A DNA stretch of 64,000 nucleotides. It comes from Candidatus Amesbacteria bacterium. GTDB lineage: Bacteria > Patescibacteriota > Microgenomatia > CAZETR01 > Amesbacteraceae. Below are positions 1 through 10,360 of the stretch, piece by piece. The position numbers were made by a program, and so were the translations under genes. The stretch's first letter is position 1. Every line of letters begins with the position of its first letter. Location of the stretch: the NCBI GenBank assembly GCA_027331445.1, contig DAHWUD010000003.1, forward strand, positions 2,704 to 66,703, written 5' to 3'. A model generated the notes under the pieces. It had not been told where the DNA came from. It did not search any database and saw only the letters and a list, made by a program, of their open reading frames with translations.

Positions 1-1
1 A

Positions 2-631
2 CTGGCCGAGGGGGAAGGAAAATATATCAGGCAATCGGGAGGCCGGGGCCAATACGGACATTGTTTTATAAAGATTGAGCCGCAGGCCAGAGGGGCCGGT
101 TATGAATTTGTAAACGCCATCAAAGGCGGGGCCATTCCCGGAGAGTTTATCCCGGCCATCCAAAAGGGGATCGTGGAAGCCATGGAAAACGGAATCGTGG
201 CGGGATACCCGACGGTGGATGTAAAAATAACCCTATACGACGGGACTTATCACGATGTAGATTCATCAGAAATGGCATTTAAGATTGCCGGGTCAATGGC
301 GTTTCAACACGCCTCCAAAGCGGCGGACCCGGTGATTTTAGAGCCGATCATGAAAGTGGAAGTGTCCACTCCCGATGAGTTTATGGGAGACGTGATCGGG
401 GATTTATCGTCCAAAAGAGCGCAGATTTCCTCCACTAACAAAAGGGGCAACCTGACAATTATCGTGGCCCATGTGCCACTAGCTGAATTGTCGGGATATG
501 CGACCAGGCTCAGGTCGCTGTCCCAGGGACGGGCGTCTTATTATATGGAGCCGTCACATTATGAAGAAGTGCCGAAGAATATTGCCGAAGGGATTATCGC
601 CAAGAGCGGAAAAGCGGTAACCAGCGACTAA
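2..631 (+). CDS. fusA: Elongation factor G, 3' part (5' end outside window)
   Basis: Frame from nt 2 reads [16 protein letters not shown]...[18 protein letters not shown]...LEPIMKVEV (EF-G domains IV-V); directly upstream of tuf. Confidence 0.98.
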   Translation: MAEGEGKYIRQSGGRGQYGHCFIKIEPQARGAGYEFVNAIKGGAIPGEFIPAIQKGIVEAMENGIVAGYPTVDVKITLYDGTYHDVDSSEMAFKIAGSMAFQHASKAADPVILEPIMKVEVSTPDEFMGDVIGDLSSKRAQISSTNKRGNLTIIVAHVPLAELSGYATRLRSLSQGRASYYMEPSHYEEVPKNIAEGIIAKSGKAVTSD

Positions 632-639
632 ATTACCTC

Positions 640-668
640 TTGCATAATGGCCGGCCGTCATTTAGAAT
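640..668 (+). promoter_or_regulatory. Sigma70-type promoter for tuf
   Basis: TTGCAT (640-645) - 17 nt - TAGAAT (663-668); leader holds a CGAAGG/CCTTCG hairpin (680-706). Confidence 0.6.
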
Positions 669-722
669 TAATGGAAGTTCGAAGGAGCTGATTTTTTTGC
701 CCTTCGGCAGTTAAAAAACAAA

Positions 723-1901
723 ATGGCTGTATACGTCAGATCAAAACCACACGTCAATATCGGGACCATCGGTCACGTGGATCACGGGAAGACGACTTTA
801 ACTTCGGCTATCACCATGGTGCTGGCTAAAAAAGGGATGGCTGTAGCCAAAAAGTACGAGGAAATTGACTCGGCCCCGGAGGAAAGAGCCCGGGGAGTGA
901 CGATTAACCTGTCACACCAGGAATACGAGACGGAAAAAAGGCATTACGCGCACATTGACGCCCCGGGGCACGCCGATTACATCAAAAACATGATTACGGG
1001 TGCTGCTCAAATGGACGGAGCCATACTGGTAGTTTCCGCTCCGGACGGACCAATGCCGCAAACCAGAGAACATATTCTCCTCGCTAAGCAGGTGAACGTG
1101 CCGGCGATTGTGGTATTTATGAACAAGTGCGACATGGTGGATGATCCCCAACTTTTAGACTTGGTAGAAATGGAAGTCCGCGAATTACTGACTAAATATG
1201 GTTATCCCGGAGACGAGGTCCCAATAATCCGCGGATCGGCGCTGAAAGCCACCGAAGGCGATCCCAAAGCCGAAGAGCAGATCCTGGAGCTGATGAAGAA
1301 AGTCGACGAATATATTCCGACGCCGGTGCGGCAGCTGGATAAGCCGTTTTTGATGCCGGTGGAGGATGTGTTTTCGATCAAAGGACGGGGAACAGTAGTT
1401 ACGGGAAGAATCGAAAGAGGGATCGTCAAAGTAAACGATAATGTAGAAATAATCGGAATCAAGCCCACCCAAACCACGGTGGTCACGGGAGTAGAAATGT
1501 TTCGAAAACAGCTGGACGAAGGCCAGGCCGGGGATAATGTGGGGTTGCTTTTGAGAGGGATTGAAAAAGAAAAGGTAGAGCGCGGGCAGGTCATCGCCAA
1601 GCCCGGCAGCGTGACACCACACACGGAATTCGAAGCCCAGGTATATATTCTCAAGAAGGAAGAGGGCGGGCGGCACACGTCTTTCTTCACCGGTTACAGA
1701 CCGCAGTTCTATATCCGGACGACCGATGTGACCGGAGAAATTGCCCTGCCGGAGGGAGTAGAAATGGTGATGCCGGGAGACGACGCCAAAATGAAAGTAA
1801 AGCTGATCGTACCTGTGGCCCTGGAAGAAGGTTTGCGGTTTGCTATCCGGGAAGGCGGAAAGACCGTCGGGGCCGGAGTAGTGACCAAAATCATCGCCTA
1901 A
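723..1901 (+). CDS. tuf: Elongation factor Tu
   Basis: [43 protein letters not shown]; 392 aa. Confidence 0.99.
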   Translation: MAVYVRSKPHVNIGTIGHVDHGKTTLTSAITMVLAKKGMAVAKKYEEIDSAPEERARGVTINLSHQEYETEKRHYAHIDAPGHADYIKNMITGAAQMDGAILVVSAPDGPMPQTREHILLAKQVNVPAIVVFMNKCDMVDDPQLLDLVEMEVRELLTKYGYPGDEVPIIRGSALKATEGDPKAEEQILELMKKVDEYIPTPVRQLDKPFLMPVEDVFSIKGRGTVVTGRIERGIVKVNDNVEIIGIKPTQTTVVTGVEMFRKQLDEGQAGDNVGLLLRGIEKEKVERGQVIAKPGSVTPHTEFEAQVYILKKEEGGRHTSFFTGYRPQFYIRTTDVTGEIALPEGVEMVMPGDDAKMKVKLIVPVALEEGLRFAIREGGKTVGAGVVTKIIA

Positions 1902-1917
1902 GTAGCACTTTTCTAAT

Positions 1918-2226
1918 ATGGCTAAGGGAAGACTAAGAGTCAAACTAAAGTCTTTTGATCACCGCGTTATTGACGAGGCAGCGAGTAAAATCCTGGAAAC
2001 CGGGTTATCCACAGGGGCCAAAGTTGTCGGCCCGGTCCCCTTGCCTACCGACAGAAAACTAATTGCCGTTACGACTTCGCCGCACGTAGATAAAAATGCC
2101 CGGGATCACTTTGAAATGCTGGTACACAAGCGCCTCATAGATATCATCGACCCCACAGACAAAACCATAGACGCCCTGTCACACCTGGACCTGCCGGCCG
2201 GAGTGGATATTGAAGTGAAGATGTAA
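1918..2226 (+). CDS. rpsJ: 30S ribosomal protein S10
   Basis: RVKLKSFDHRVID, GPVPLPT, SPHVDK, HKRLIDI, LPAGVDIEVK. Confidence 0.98.
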   Translation: MAKGRLRVKLKSFDHRVIDEAASKILETGLSTGAKVVGPVPLPTDRKLIAVTTSPHVDKNARDHFEMLVHKRLIDIIDPTDKTIDALSHLDLPAGVDIEVKM

Positions 2227-2235
2227 TATTCGGAC

Positions 2236-2538
2236 ATGCCGAGATACGAGATAAAAGTGATTTTCTTTGGGAATCCGGAAGAATCAATCAACCTGGCAAG
2301 GGTGGAGAGGGATGGTAATAGGTTTTTTGAGTCGGCTGAGATAGAAGATGAGGTATTAACGGTGCGTACGAATGACATAACTTCCGGTGAGAAGGAGGCG
2401 ATTGTGGCTATGTTCAGGGGCATATCCGGAGTCGAATCTATTGGAATGTATGTTCTTGGACGCAAGGGCGGAGGACGCAAGACAAAGGTCGATATTCCAA
2501 GATGCAGTTGTGGGGTTGCCAGATTGAGGCTACCGTGA
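2236..2538 (+). CDS. Hypothetical protein (100 aa) inserted between rpsJ and rplC
   Basis: Open frame fills the gap; TAATAT lies 6 nt before the ATG, like other genes here; no family recognised. Confidence 0.65.
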   Translation: MPRYEIKVIFFGNPEESINLARVERDGNRFFESAEIEDEVLTVRTNDITSGEKEAIVAMFRGISGVESIGMYVLGRKGGGRKTKVDIPRCSCGVARLRLP

Positions 2539-2544
2539 TACAAT
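2516..2544 (+). promoter_or_regulatory. Promoter for rplC operon
   Basis: TTGCCA (2516-2521) - 17 nt - TACAAT (2539-2544) with extended TG. Confidence 0.65.
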
Positions 2545-2614
2545 CAGCTTTGGTTGTGAGCAGAGAAAATTGCCTAGATTAGTGCTTACAATACCGATAG
2601 GCTATACCCAAGTT

Positions 2615-2639
2615 AAGAGTGCCTAGCGGCACTTTTTTT
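2615..2639 (+). terminator. Intrinsic terminator/attenuator hairpin in rplC leader
   Basis: AGTGCC-TAGC-GGCACT followed by a T run, ending 9 nt before the rplC ATG. Confidence 0.65.
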
Positions 2640-2648
2640 GTTGCCAAA

Positions 2649-3224
2649 ATGATAAACCAGATATTTGCAAAAAAGGTCGGTATGACCAGCAAATTTACTC
2701 CATCCGGGGAGTGGGTTGGGGTGACAGCCCTAAGTGTGCTGCCGATGAAAGTCACCGGGCAGAGAACGGCTGAAAAAAACGGATACACGGCGATAAGGTT
2801 CAAGATTCAAGATCTAAAGTCCAAGAAGGAGATAGAAAAGGAAGTCAGAACAGATGAAAACATGGAAGTCGGAAGTGAAGTCAAGTGGGAAGAGATTTTC
2901 AAAGCGGGCGACGCAGTGGACGTGACGGGAATCAGCAAGGGCAAGGGGTTTGCGGGAGTAGTCAAGCGATATCATTTTAAGGGCGGCCCGAGAACACACG
3001 GGCAGTCAGACCGGGAAAGGGCGCCGGGATCGTCCGGATCGACGACCACCCCGGGAAGAGTGTACAGAGGCAAGAGACGGGCCGGACATATGGGCACAGA
3101 CACGGTAACCATCGGCCGGATGAAGATATTGGCAGTAGAGCCGGAGAAGAAATTGATCATAGTGATAGGCAGCGTTCCCGGAGCAAGAAATTTCCAGTTA
3201 CTAACCGTTAGAAAGCACGTATGA
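2649..3224 (+). CDS. rplC: 50S ribosomal protein L3
   Basis: KKVGMT, VDVTGISKGKGFAGVVKR, THGQSDRERAPGS, GHMG; start moved to ATG 2649. Confidence 0.98.
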   Translation: MINQIFAKKVGMTSKFTPSGEWVGVTALSVLPMKVTGQRTAEKNGYTAIRFKIQDLKSKKEIEKEVRTDENMEVGSEVKWEEIFKAGDAVDVTGISKGKGFAGVVKRYHFKGGPRTHGQSDRERAPGSSGSTTTPGRVYRGKRRAGHMGTDTVTIGRMKILAVEPEKKLIIVIGSVPGARNFQLLTVRKHV

Positions 3225-3847
3225 CCACGGAGACAATCACACTGGCCGGAGAAAAAGGGGAAAAAATGACCTTGCCACCGGGGGTATTCGGAGTCAAGGC
3301 CGATAAAAGGCTGCTGGCGACGGCAGTAAGAGTGTGGCGGGCAAACCAAAGGAAAGCCAATGCCAAGACAAAAACCCGGGGCGAAGTAGCTAAAACAACG
3401 GCCAAGATGTACCGGCAAAAAGGGACGGGCAAAGCCAGGCACGGGTCTTTCTCGGCACCGATATTTGTGGGAGGAGGAATTGCCCACGGCCCGGACGGAT
3501 GGCAAAACTATAAATTGAAGATGACTACGGCCGTAAAAAGGCTGGCCCTGGCGGAAGCTCTGTCTGATAAGGCCACGGACAAAAATGTAGTGGTAGTAAC
3601 CGGAGCAGACAAAGCCAGCGGAAAGACAAAACAAATGGCGGCATTAGTAAAAAAGGCAGGATGGAACGGCAAAATTTTGGTAGTGGGAACGGCGGCCCAG
3701 ACGGCCTGGGTCAGGGGCTGGAAAAACGTCCCCCAAACGACAATCAGGCTGGTGGAGCAAATAAATACTTACCTGGTAGTAGCCAATAAACAATTGGTGG
3801 TAACGGCGGAAGCCATTGCTGAAATGGAGAAAAAATATGTTAATTAA
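3221..3847 (+). CDS. rplD: 50S ribosomal protein L4
   Basis: KTKTRGEV, RQKGTGKARHGS, APIFVGGGIAHGP. Confidence 0.98.
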   Translation: MTTETITLAGEKGEKMTLPPGVFGVKADKRLLATAVRVWRANQRKANAKTKTRGEVAKTTAKMYRQKGTGKARHGSFSAPIFVGGGIAHGPDGWQNYKLKMTTAVKRLALAEALSDKATDKNVVVVTGADKASGKTKQMAALVKKAGWNGKILVVGTAAQTAWVRGWKNVPQTTIRLVEQINTYLVVANKQLVVTAEAIAEMEKKYVN

Positions 3848-4130
3848 ACCCATAATTACGGAAAAAGCCGTGGCGGAAATGCCGCATAACCGGTACTATT
3901 TCCGGGTGGCGACGGGAGCTAATAAAACGGAGATCAAAAAAGCGGTGGAAAAACTGTTTGCCGTCAACGTGACGGCGGTCCAGACGGCGACCATGCCGGG
4001 AAAAAAATACCGCAGCGGCCGCCGGTGGATGATCAGGCAGCGAGCGGATTGGAAAAAAGCCATGGTGACTCTCAAAGAGGGGCAAAAAATTGATTTAATT
4101 GAAATTCCGGGAGTACAGCCCGAAAAATAA
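3837..4130 (+). CDS. rplW: 50S ribosomal protein L23
   Basis: KPIITEKA, ANKTEIKKAVEKLF, WKKAMVTLKEG; start at ATG 3837. Confidence 0.97.
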   Translation: MLIKPIITEKAVAEMPHNRYYFRVATGANKTEIKKAVEKLFAVNVTAVQTATMPGKKYRSGRRWMIRQRADWKKAMVTLKEGQKIDLIEIPGVQPEK

Positions 4131-4132
4131 AC

Positions 4133-4957
4133 ATGGCCTTAAAACTTTACAAACCCATTACCGCCGGACTGCGATTCTCCTCAGGAATGGATTACAGCCA
4201 ACTGGCTGACAAAAGGCCGGAGAGAGGGCTCGTCCGGATTTTGCCCAAGAACTCCGGAAGAAATTCCACCGGAAAAGTGACGACCCGGCATCAGGGGGGA
4301 AGGGAAAAAAGATTTTTACGGGAAATTGACTGGAAGAGACTGAAGGAAAATGTGAAGGCCCAGGTGGTAGCACTGGAGTACGATCCGAACCGGACGGCAA
4401 ATGTGGCCCTGCTGCAGTACGCAGACGGAGAAAAAACCTACATTCTGGCGCCGGACGGACTGGCAGCCGGACAGGCGATTATGAACGGGGAAAGCGCGCC
4501 TCTAACCGTGGGAAATTGCCTTCCCTTAGCCAATATTCCGGTGGGGACGCCCATTCACGGAATTGAAATTGTGCCCGGCAAAGGGGCTCAAATGGTGAGA
4601 AGCGCCGGGGCGGCGGCGATCATTATGGGTTTTGAAGAAGGCTTTGCTCTGGTAAAATTGCCTTCGGGCGAAATCCGCAGGTTTAATCCGGCCGCCCGGG
4701 CCACGATCGGCCAGGTGGGCAATTCCGAATGGAAAAATATTAATTTCGGGAAAGCCGGCCGGAAACGGCACATGGGAATCAGACCCACGGTGCGAGGAAC
4801 GGCCCAGGATCCCCGATCCCATCCGCACGGAGGCGGCGAAGGCCGGTCCGGCGAAGGGATGCACCCCAAGACGCCATGGGGCAAGTCGGCCAGGGGGAAC
4901 CGGACCCGGAAAAAGTTCAAGTATTCGCACAAGTTAATTGTCCAGCGAAGAAAGTAG
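4133..4957 (+). CDS. rplB: 50S ribosomal protein L2
   Basis: [37 protein letters not shown]. Confidence 0.99.
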   Translation: MALKLYKPITAGLRFSSGMDYSQLADKRPERGLVRILPKNSGRNSTGKVTTRHQGGREKRFLREIDWKRLKENVKAQVVALEYDPNRTANVALLQYADGEKTYILAPDGLAAGQAIMNGESAPLTVGNCLPLANIPVGTPIHGIEIVPGKGAQMVRSAGAAAIIMGFEEGFALVKLPSGEIRRFNPAARATIGQVGNSEWKNINFGKAGRKRHMGIRPTVRGTAQDPRSHPHGGGEGRSGEGMHPKTPWGKSARGNRTRKKFKYSHKLIVQRRK

Positions 4958-4961
4958 TCAT

Positions 4962-5246
4962 ATGGCAAGAAGTGCTAAAAAAGGACCATATATAGATAAA
5001 AAACTGTCGGCGAAAGTCGCCAGGGCGGAAAGTGGCGGAAAAAAATCCCCCATTAAAACCTGGGCCAGGGCGTCACAAATCCCGCCGGCATTTGTGGGCT
5101 TTACTTTCCAGGTGCACAACGGCAACAAGTTTATTGACGTGTTTGTGTCCGAGGCCATGGTGGGACACCGGTTGGGGGAATTTGCTCCCAGCAGGACCTT
5201 CAGAAGCCACGGGGCAATCGTAAAGCGGACAATGGAGAAGACTTAA
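4962..5246 (+). CDS. rpsS: 30S ribosomal protein S19
   Basis: [39 protein letters not shown]. Confidence 0.98.
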   Translation: MARSAKKGPYIDKKLSAKVARAESGGKKSPIKTWARASQIPPAFVGFTFQVHNGNKFIDVFVSEAMVGHRLGEFAPSRTFRSHGAIVKRTMEKT

Positions 5247-5247
5247 T

Positions 5248-5637
5248 ATGAAAGACGCAAAGCTCAAGATTCAAGGTACAAAAGTAGTTACGGCGAGGGC
5301 CAGCTTTGTCAGGACATCACCGCGAAAACTGCGGCTGGTGGCGGATGCAGTCCGCAAGCTGGATCCAAACCGGGCGGTCGAGCAATTAAAGCTGATGCCG
5401 AAACAAGCGGCCAGACCGGTGCTGTCGGTATTTGTCCAGGCTCTGGCCAACGCCAAAAACAATTTTCAATTGTCGCCGGCGGACATGAGAATTGCCAATT
5501 TACAGGTGCATGAGGGGCCGAGGGGCCCGAAAAAAGCGGACGTGCACGCCCACGGGGCCAGATTTGACCGGGGCGTCCGCAGAAAGAGAATGGCTCATAT
5601 TACTTTGGAATTGGCAGCTACAGGAGGAGGCAAATAA
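5248..5637 (+). CDS. rplV: 50S ribosomal protein L22
   Basis: RTSPRKLRLVADAVR, ALANAKNN, HI at C-terminus; position in the S10 operon. Confidence 0.96.
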   Translation: MKDAKLKIQGTKVVTARASFVRTSPRKLRLVADAVRKLDPNRAVEQLKLMPKQAARPVLSVFVQALANAKNNFQLSPADMRIANLQVHEGPRGPKKADVHAHGARFDRGVRRKRMAHITLELAATGGGK

Positions 5638-5638
5638 A

Positions 5639-6307
5639 ATGGGTCATAAAGTAAACCCGGTGGCATACCGATTGCCACTGGCCCAGACCAAGATGTGGAA
5701 ATCGAGATGGTTTGCCACAAACAAATTCAAATACGCGGCTTATTTGGGAGCTGACGTAAAGCTACGAAAGGCACTGATGAAGAGGCTGGCGCCGGCGGGG
5801 GTAACCCGGGTGGAAATTGAAAGATCGCTCCGGAGCATCAAAATCATAATTTATGTGACCAGGCCGGGAGTGGTCATCGGACGGGGCGGGGCGGGGATTG
5901 AGGAACTGAAAAAATACATTTATAAGCTGTTGGGGTTTGAAATGGGAGCCAAGATGGCGCCTAAAATAGACCCCCAGATTGAAGAGGTGAAAGAGCCGGA
6001 CCTGAATGCGTACCTGGTGGCCACCCGAATCGCGGAACAATTGGAGAAGAGGCTGCCGGCCCGGCGAGTGGTAAAAAAGACGATGGAAAGAACCATGCAG
6101 GCCCGGGCAAAAGGCATTAAGGTGCTGTTATCCGGCCGGGTGAACGGGGCAGAAATTTCCCGAAGAGAACTGTACCAGTATGCCGGAGGTTCGGTCCCGT
6201 TGCAAACACTGCGGGCAGATATTGATTACGCGGCCGTCCCGGCCTTGACCCGATCAGGGTACGTGGGAGTTAAAGTGTGGATATACAGGGGAGAAAGGAT
6301 AGAATAA
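5639..6307 (+). CDS. rpsC: 30S ribosomal protein S3
   Basis: [46 protein letters not shown]. Confidence 0.98.
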   Translation: MGHKVNPVAYRLPLAQTKMWKSRWFATNKFKYAAYLGADVKLRKALMKRLAPAGVTRVEIERSLRSIKIIIYVTRPGVVIGRGGAGIEELKKYIYKLLGFEMGAKMAPKIDPQIEEVKEPDLNAYLVATRIAEQLEKRLPARRVVKKTMERTMQARAKGIKVLLSGRVNGAEISRRELYQYAGGSVPLQTLRADIDYAAVPALTRSGYVGVKVWIYRGERIE

Positions 6308-6308
6308 T

Positions 6309-6713
6309 ATGCTGCAACCTAAAAGACAAAAATACAGGAAACAGTTTCGGGGGCAGATGCCGGGAAATGCCCAGCGGGGAGCGGAAGTAGCTTTCGGAGA
6401 GTTCGGACTGAAAGCGATGGGGCGGGGGTGGGTATCGTCCAGACAAATTGAAGCGGCCAGGAAAGCCATTTCCAGGCACGCCCAAAGAGGGGGAAAAGTG
6501 TGGATTCGAATCTTCCCGGACAAACCGATTACTAAAAAGGCCCCCGGGACCAGAATGGGATCGGGCAAAGGGGAAATTTTTGAATATGTGGCGGTGGTCC
6601 GACCGGGAAGAATCTTGTTTGAAATTGCGGGAGTGGCCCGCGAGACGGCAGAATTAGCGTTTTCCAGGGCGGCAGCCAAGTTACCGCTGAGAGTTAAATT
6701 TGTGAGCAAATAA
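6309..6713 (+). CDS. rplP: 50S ribosomal protein L16
   Basis: [39 protein letters not shown]. Confidence 0.99.
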   Translation: MLQPKRQKYRKQFRGQMPGNAQRGAEVAFGEFGLKAMGRGWVSSRQIEAARKAISRHAQRGGKVWIRIFPDKPITKKAPGTRMGSGKGEIFEYVAVVRPGRILFEIAGVARETAELAFSRAAAKLPLRVKFVSK

Positions 6714-6715
6714 CT

Positions 6716-6937
6716 ATGGCAAAAAAAGCAGAAAAACCAGCGACCGCCCCGGAAATTAAACTTAAAGACATGACTGCGGACGAGCTGAAAAACAAGGCCG
6801 CGGAGCTGGCTGGGAAAATTGCCCTGGCCCGGCTGGAGAAAGCGGCCGGGAAGGCCAAAAATATGCGCCTGGTGTTTAACCTGAGAAGGGAAAGGGCAAA
6901 AGTTCTGACCGTATTAAATATTAAAAAAATGTCGTAA
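6716..6937 (+). CDS. rpmC: 50S ribosomal protein L29
   Basis: LKDMTADEL...LRRERAKVLTVL; between rplP and rpsQ. Confidence 0.9.
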   Translation: MAKKAEKPATAPEIKLKDMTADELKNKAAELAGKIALARLEKAAGKAKNMRLVFNLRRERAKVLTVLNIKKMS

Positions 6938-6948
6938 AATCAATATAT

Positions 6949-7191
6949 ATGAAAACATTGACCGGAACAGTCGTGTCGACAAAAATGGCCCAAACGGCAG
7001 TAGTGGTGGTGAACAGACTGATCAAACACCCGATCTACCACAAACAAATGCGGAGAAGCAAAAAGTTTCACGCCCACAATGAATTAAAACTGGCGGTGGG
7101 AGACGTGGTGAAGATCGGAGAAACCAAGCCCAGGTCCAGGACAAAAAACTGGCGAGTTATTGAAGTGGTAAATAAAAATGGTACAGCTTAG
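6949..7191 (+). CDS. rpsQ: 30S ribosomal protein S17
   Basis: [28 protein letters not shown]. Confidence 0.97.
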   Translation: MKTLTGTVVSTKMAQTAVVVVNRLIKHPIYHKQMRRSKKFHAHNELKLAVGDVVKIGETKPRSRTKNWRVIEVVNKNGTA

Positions 7192-7549
7192 AAGTATTAT
7201 CGTGCCGGCTGATAATTGCGGAGCTAAAAAGCTGCGGGTAATTCACGTGCACGTAGGATCAAAGAGAACCTATGCCTATTTGGGAGACATGGTCACGGCC
7301 GTGGTGGATAAAGCCGACCCGAACGGGACGGTAAAGGACTCGGAAATGGTGAAGGCCGTAATCGTGAGAACCCGAAAGGGCCAGAGACGCAAAGACGGCA
7401 GCTACATCCGTTTTGACGACAATGCCGGTGTAATTATTGACCCCAAGTCCCGCGAACCGCGGGGGACGCGGATTTTCGGACCGGTGGCCCGGGAAGTCAA
7501 AGACGCCGGCTACGCCAAGATCGCGTCACTGGCAACGGAGGTACTTTAA
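7178..7549 (+). CDS. rplN: 50S ribosomal protein L14
   Basis: [32 protein letters not shown]. Confidence 0.99.
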   Translation: MVQLRSIIVPADNCGAKKLRVIHVHVGSKRTYAYLGDMVTAVVDKADPNGTVKDSEMVKAVIVRTRKGQRRKDGSYIRFDDNAGVIIDPKSREPRGTRIFGPVAREVKDAGYAKIASLATEVL

Positions 7550-7882
7550 ATGACAAAATCCAAAGCTCAAAAAACAAAATTCAAAAAAGGAGATACAGTC
7601 ATGGTGACGGCGGGAAAAGATAAGGGGAAATCGGGAAAAATCGAGCGGATTTTCCCGGCAGAGGCCCGGGTATTAGTACCCAACATGAACCAGTACAAGA
7701 AACACCGCAAACCCCAGGGAGAGGGCCGGCCGGGGGAGATTCTGACTTTATCCCGCCCGCTACCAGTCGGAAATGTGGCTTTAATTTGTCCCCGGTGCAA
7801 ACAGCCAACCCGCATCGGCTGGCGCTGGGACCAGACCAAAAAAGTGCGCGTCTGCCGTAAATGTGAAGCAGACATAGATTAA
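7550..7882 (+). CDS. rplX: 50S ribosomal protein L24
   Basis: KKGDTVMVTAGKDKGKSG (KOW), NVALICPRC...CRKC. Confidence 0.97.
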   Translation: MTKSKAQKTKFKKGDTVMVTAGKDKGKSGKIERIFPAEARVLVPNMNQYKKHRKPQGEGRPGEILTLSRPLPVGNVALICPRCKQPTRIGWRWDQTKKVRVCRKCEADID

Positions 7883-7886
7883 ACAT

Positions 7887-8426
7887 ATGAGCTTATTACA
7901 AGACTATAAAGAAAAAGCCGTCCCAGCCTTACAAAAGGAACTGGGGATAACCAATACGATGGCGGTGCCCCGGTTGACACGGGTGGTAGTAAACATGGGG
8001 ATTAAGGAAGCCGCCCACGACAAAGGGCTATTGGAAAAAATGGCTGAGCAGATGGCGACGATTACCGGGCAAAAAGCCAAGGTGACCAGGGCAAAGAAAT
8101 CCATAGCCAACTTCAAGCTGAGGGAGGGGGATGTCGTCGGGCTGGCGGCCACGCTAAGGGGCCGGCGGATGGATGATTTTGTGACAAAATTGTTTACCAT
8201 CGTGCTGCCCCGGGTGAGAGATTTCCACGGCGTGCCGGCGAGGGCTTTTGACGGACGGGGAAATTATACCCTGGGGATGGCGGAACAAATCTCGTTCCCG
8301 GAAATCGACTACTCCAAGATAGATAAAATCCGGGGTTTGGAGATTACATTCGTAACAAACGCCGGGGATGATAAAATTGCCAGGCAGTTATTAGCCAAGC
8401 TGGGGATGCCCTTCGAAAAATCATAA
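7887..8426 (+). CDS. rplE: 50S ribosomal protein L5
   Basis: AKKSIANFKLREG, LPRVRDFHG, FDGRGNYTLG, FPEIDY. Confidence 0.99.
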   Translation: MSLLQDYKEKAVPALQKELGITNTMAVPRLTRVVVNMGIKEAAHDKGLLEKMAEQMATITGQKAKVTRAKKSIANFKLREGDVVGLAATLRGRRMDDFVTKLFTIVLPRVRDFHGVPARAFDGRGNYTLGMAEQISFPEIDYSKIDKIRGLEITFVTNAGDDKIARQLLAKLGMPFEKS

Positions 8427-8429
8427 CCT

Positions 8430-8618
8430 ATGGCCAAAAGATCAAAAATTGTCAAACAGACAAAAAATCACCTAAAGTATGCGACCCAGTTTCGGAACCG
8501 GTGTCAGCTGTGCGGGCGGCCACGGGCGTATCTGCGGATGTTCGGGCTGTGCCGGATGTGCTTTAGAGAGTTAGCCAACAAGGGAGAATTACCCGGAATA
8601 AGAAAGGCCTCATGGTAA
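8430..8618 (+). CDS. rpsN: 30S ribosomal protein S14, zinc-binding type
   Basis: [11 protein letters not shown]...[11 protein letters not shown]...LPGIRKASW. Confidence 0.98.
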   Translation: MAKRSKIVKQTKNHLKYATQFRNRCQLCGRPRAYLRMFGLCRMCFRELANKGELPGIRKASW

Positions 8619-8992
8619 ACGATCACCTGTCGGACATGATTGCGAGAATTAAAAACGGCTATCGGGCGGCGGCGGTGGCGGTGGAAATACCGAGGACCAA
8701 GAGCGTGGCCGAGGTCATTCGGGTACTGGCCGAGGAGGGCTATGTGGGACAGGCGGAAAATAAAGACGGCAAAATCAAAGTGAACCTGAAATACCAGGGG
8801 AAACAGCCCGCGATCATGGGAATGCGGCGGGTGAGCAAGCCGGGAGTAAGAATCTATACCAAAAGAGTGAGCATTCCCAAGGTGTGGGGAGGACTGGGAA
8901 TAAATATCCTGTCGACACCGGAGGGAATAATGAGCGATAAGAAGGCTAAAAAAGTTAAAACCGGCGGAGAAATTATCTGCCAGGTCTGGTAA
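8612..8992 (+). CDS. rpsH: 30S ribosomal protein S8
   Basis: [40 protein letters not shown]. Confidence 0.98.
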   Translation: MVNDHLSDMIARIKNGYRAAAVAVEIPRTKSVAEVIRVLAEEGYVGQAENKDGKIKVNLKYQGKQPAIMGMRRVSKPGVRIYTKRVSIPKVWGGLGINILSTPEGIMSDKKAKKVKTGGEIICQVW

Positions 8993-8998
8993 AAAATT

Positions 8999-9550
8999 AT
9001 GTCACGAATAAGCAAAATCCCAATAAATATTCCGGAAAAAGTCAGCGTAAGCGTGAGCGGGAAAACCGTCTCGGTAAGCGGGCCCAAGGGCACGCTTCTT
9101 TGGAGCTTTCCAGAAAAGGTGGAGTTGAATATCGGCGAGGGAAAAATCCGGGTCGGTAGCGGGGAGGCAGAAGTGAGCAACCTGCTGGGGCTGACGCACA
9201 GTCTGGTCGCCAACATGGTAAAAGGGGTCACTGAAGGCTTTGTAAGGACGCTGGAGCTGAACGGAACCGGTTACAGAGCAAGTGTCGGCGGAAGCGACCT
9301 AAACCTGGCACTGGGCTTTTCCCACCCGGTGGTAGTGAAAGCGCCGGCGGGGATAAGTTTTGAAGTGAAGGAAAATAAAATTATGGTCCGGGGAGCAGAC
9401 AAGGCCATGGTGGGCGAGGTGGCGGCCAAAATCAGGCGGCTGAAGCCGGCTGACGTATATAAATGGAAGGGTTTTAAATATGAAGGTGAAGTATTAATTA
9501 AGAAGGCCGGCAAAGCGGCCAAGGCCGGGGCGGCGGCGGGAGCGAAGTAA
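8999..9550 (+). CDS. rplF: 50S ribosomal protein L6
   Basis: MSRISKIPI, GPKGTL, GTGYRA, LGFSHPV, YKWKG. Confidence 0.98.
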   Translation: MSRISKIPINIPEKVSVSVSGKTVSVSGPKGTLLWSFPEKVELNIGEGKIRVGSGEAEVSNLLGLTHSLVANMVKGVTEGFVRTLELNGTGYRASVGGSDLNLALGFSHPVVVKAPAGISFEVKENKIMVRGADKAMVGEVAAKIRRLKPADVYKWKGFKYEGEVLIKKAGKAAKAGAAAGAK

Positions 9551-9553
9551 CCT

Positions 9554-9877
9554 ATGAGACAAAGTATTAAAAGATATACCCATAACCGGATCCGGAGGGA
9601 AGTGCGGATCAGGGCGGTTGTGCGCAAAAGCGGTCTGCCGAGACTGTCGGTATTCAAATCAAATAAATTTTTGTACGCCCAGGTAATCGATGACCAAAAA
9701 GGAATAACCGTGGCCGGGGTACGTGGAAAAACGGCAGCCGAGACGGGAAAAAATATCGCCAAAAAAGCGGTGGCGGCGGGAGTAGTTAAAGTGGTGTTTG
9801 ACCGGGGAGCTTACAATTACCACGGGCGGGTGAAAACCCTCGCCGAAGCGGCCCGGGAAGGGGGGCTTAAATTCTAA
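9554..9877 (+). CDS. rplR: 50S ribosomal protein L18
   Basis: [44 protein letters not shown]. Confidence 0.98.
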   Translation: MRQSIKRYTHNRIRREVRIRAVVRKSGLPRLSVFKSNKFLYAQVIDDQKGITVAGVRGKTAAETGKNIAKKAVAAGVVKVVFDRGAYNYHGRVKTLAEAAREGGLKF

Positions 9878-9882
9878 ATAAT

Positions 9883-10359
9883 ATGGCTTACCACCGCAAT
9901 TACAACCGAGCCCAATCCGGAGAGCCAAAAGAATTTGAGGAAAAAGTGGTGCAGGTAAACCGGGTGTCTAAAAAGGGCAAGGGGGGGAATAAAATCAGTT
10001 TTGCCGCATTGGTGGTAGTGGGCGACCGGAAAGGCCGGGTAGGGGTAGGCCTGGGGAAAGCCGCCGATGTATCTTCCGCCATGCAAAAAGGGGTGACTTA
10101 CGCCAAGAAGCATTTGATTACCGTGCCCATGAGGGGGACGACTATCCCCCACGAAATGAGGGTAAAACTGGGAGCGGCCAAGCTCCTTTTAAAGCCGGCG
10201 CCGCCGGGATCGGGAGTGATCGCCGGAGGGGCAGTGCGGGCAGTGGTGGAAGCGGCGGGGATCAGAGACGTGGTGGGGAAAATTCTGGGAACAGCTAACA
10301 AGGCCAGCAACGTACGGGCAGCTTTCCAGGCATTAAGAATGTTTAAACAGACTAATTGA
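9883..10359 (+). CDS. rpsE: 30S ribosomal protein S5
   Basis: [40 protein letters not shown]. Confidence 0.98.
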   Translation: MAYHRNYNRAQSGEPKEFEEKVVQVNRVSKKGKGGNKISFAALVVVGDRKGRVGVGLGKAADVSSAMQKGVTYAKKHLITVPMRGTTIPHEMRVKLGAAKLLLKPAPPGSGVIAGGAVRAVVEAAGIRDVVGKILGTANKASNVRAAFQALRMFKQTN

Positions 10360-10360
10360 T

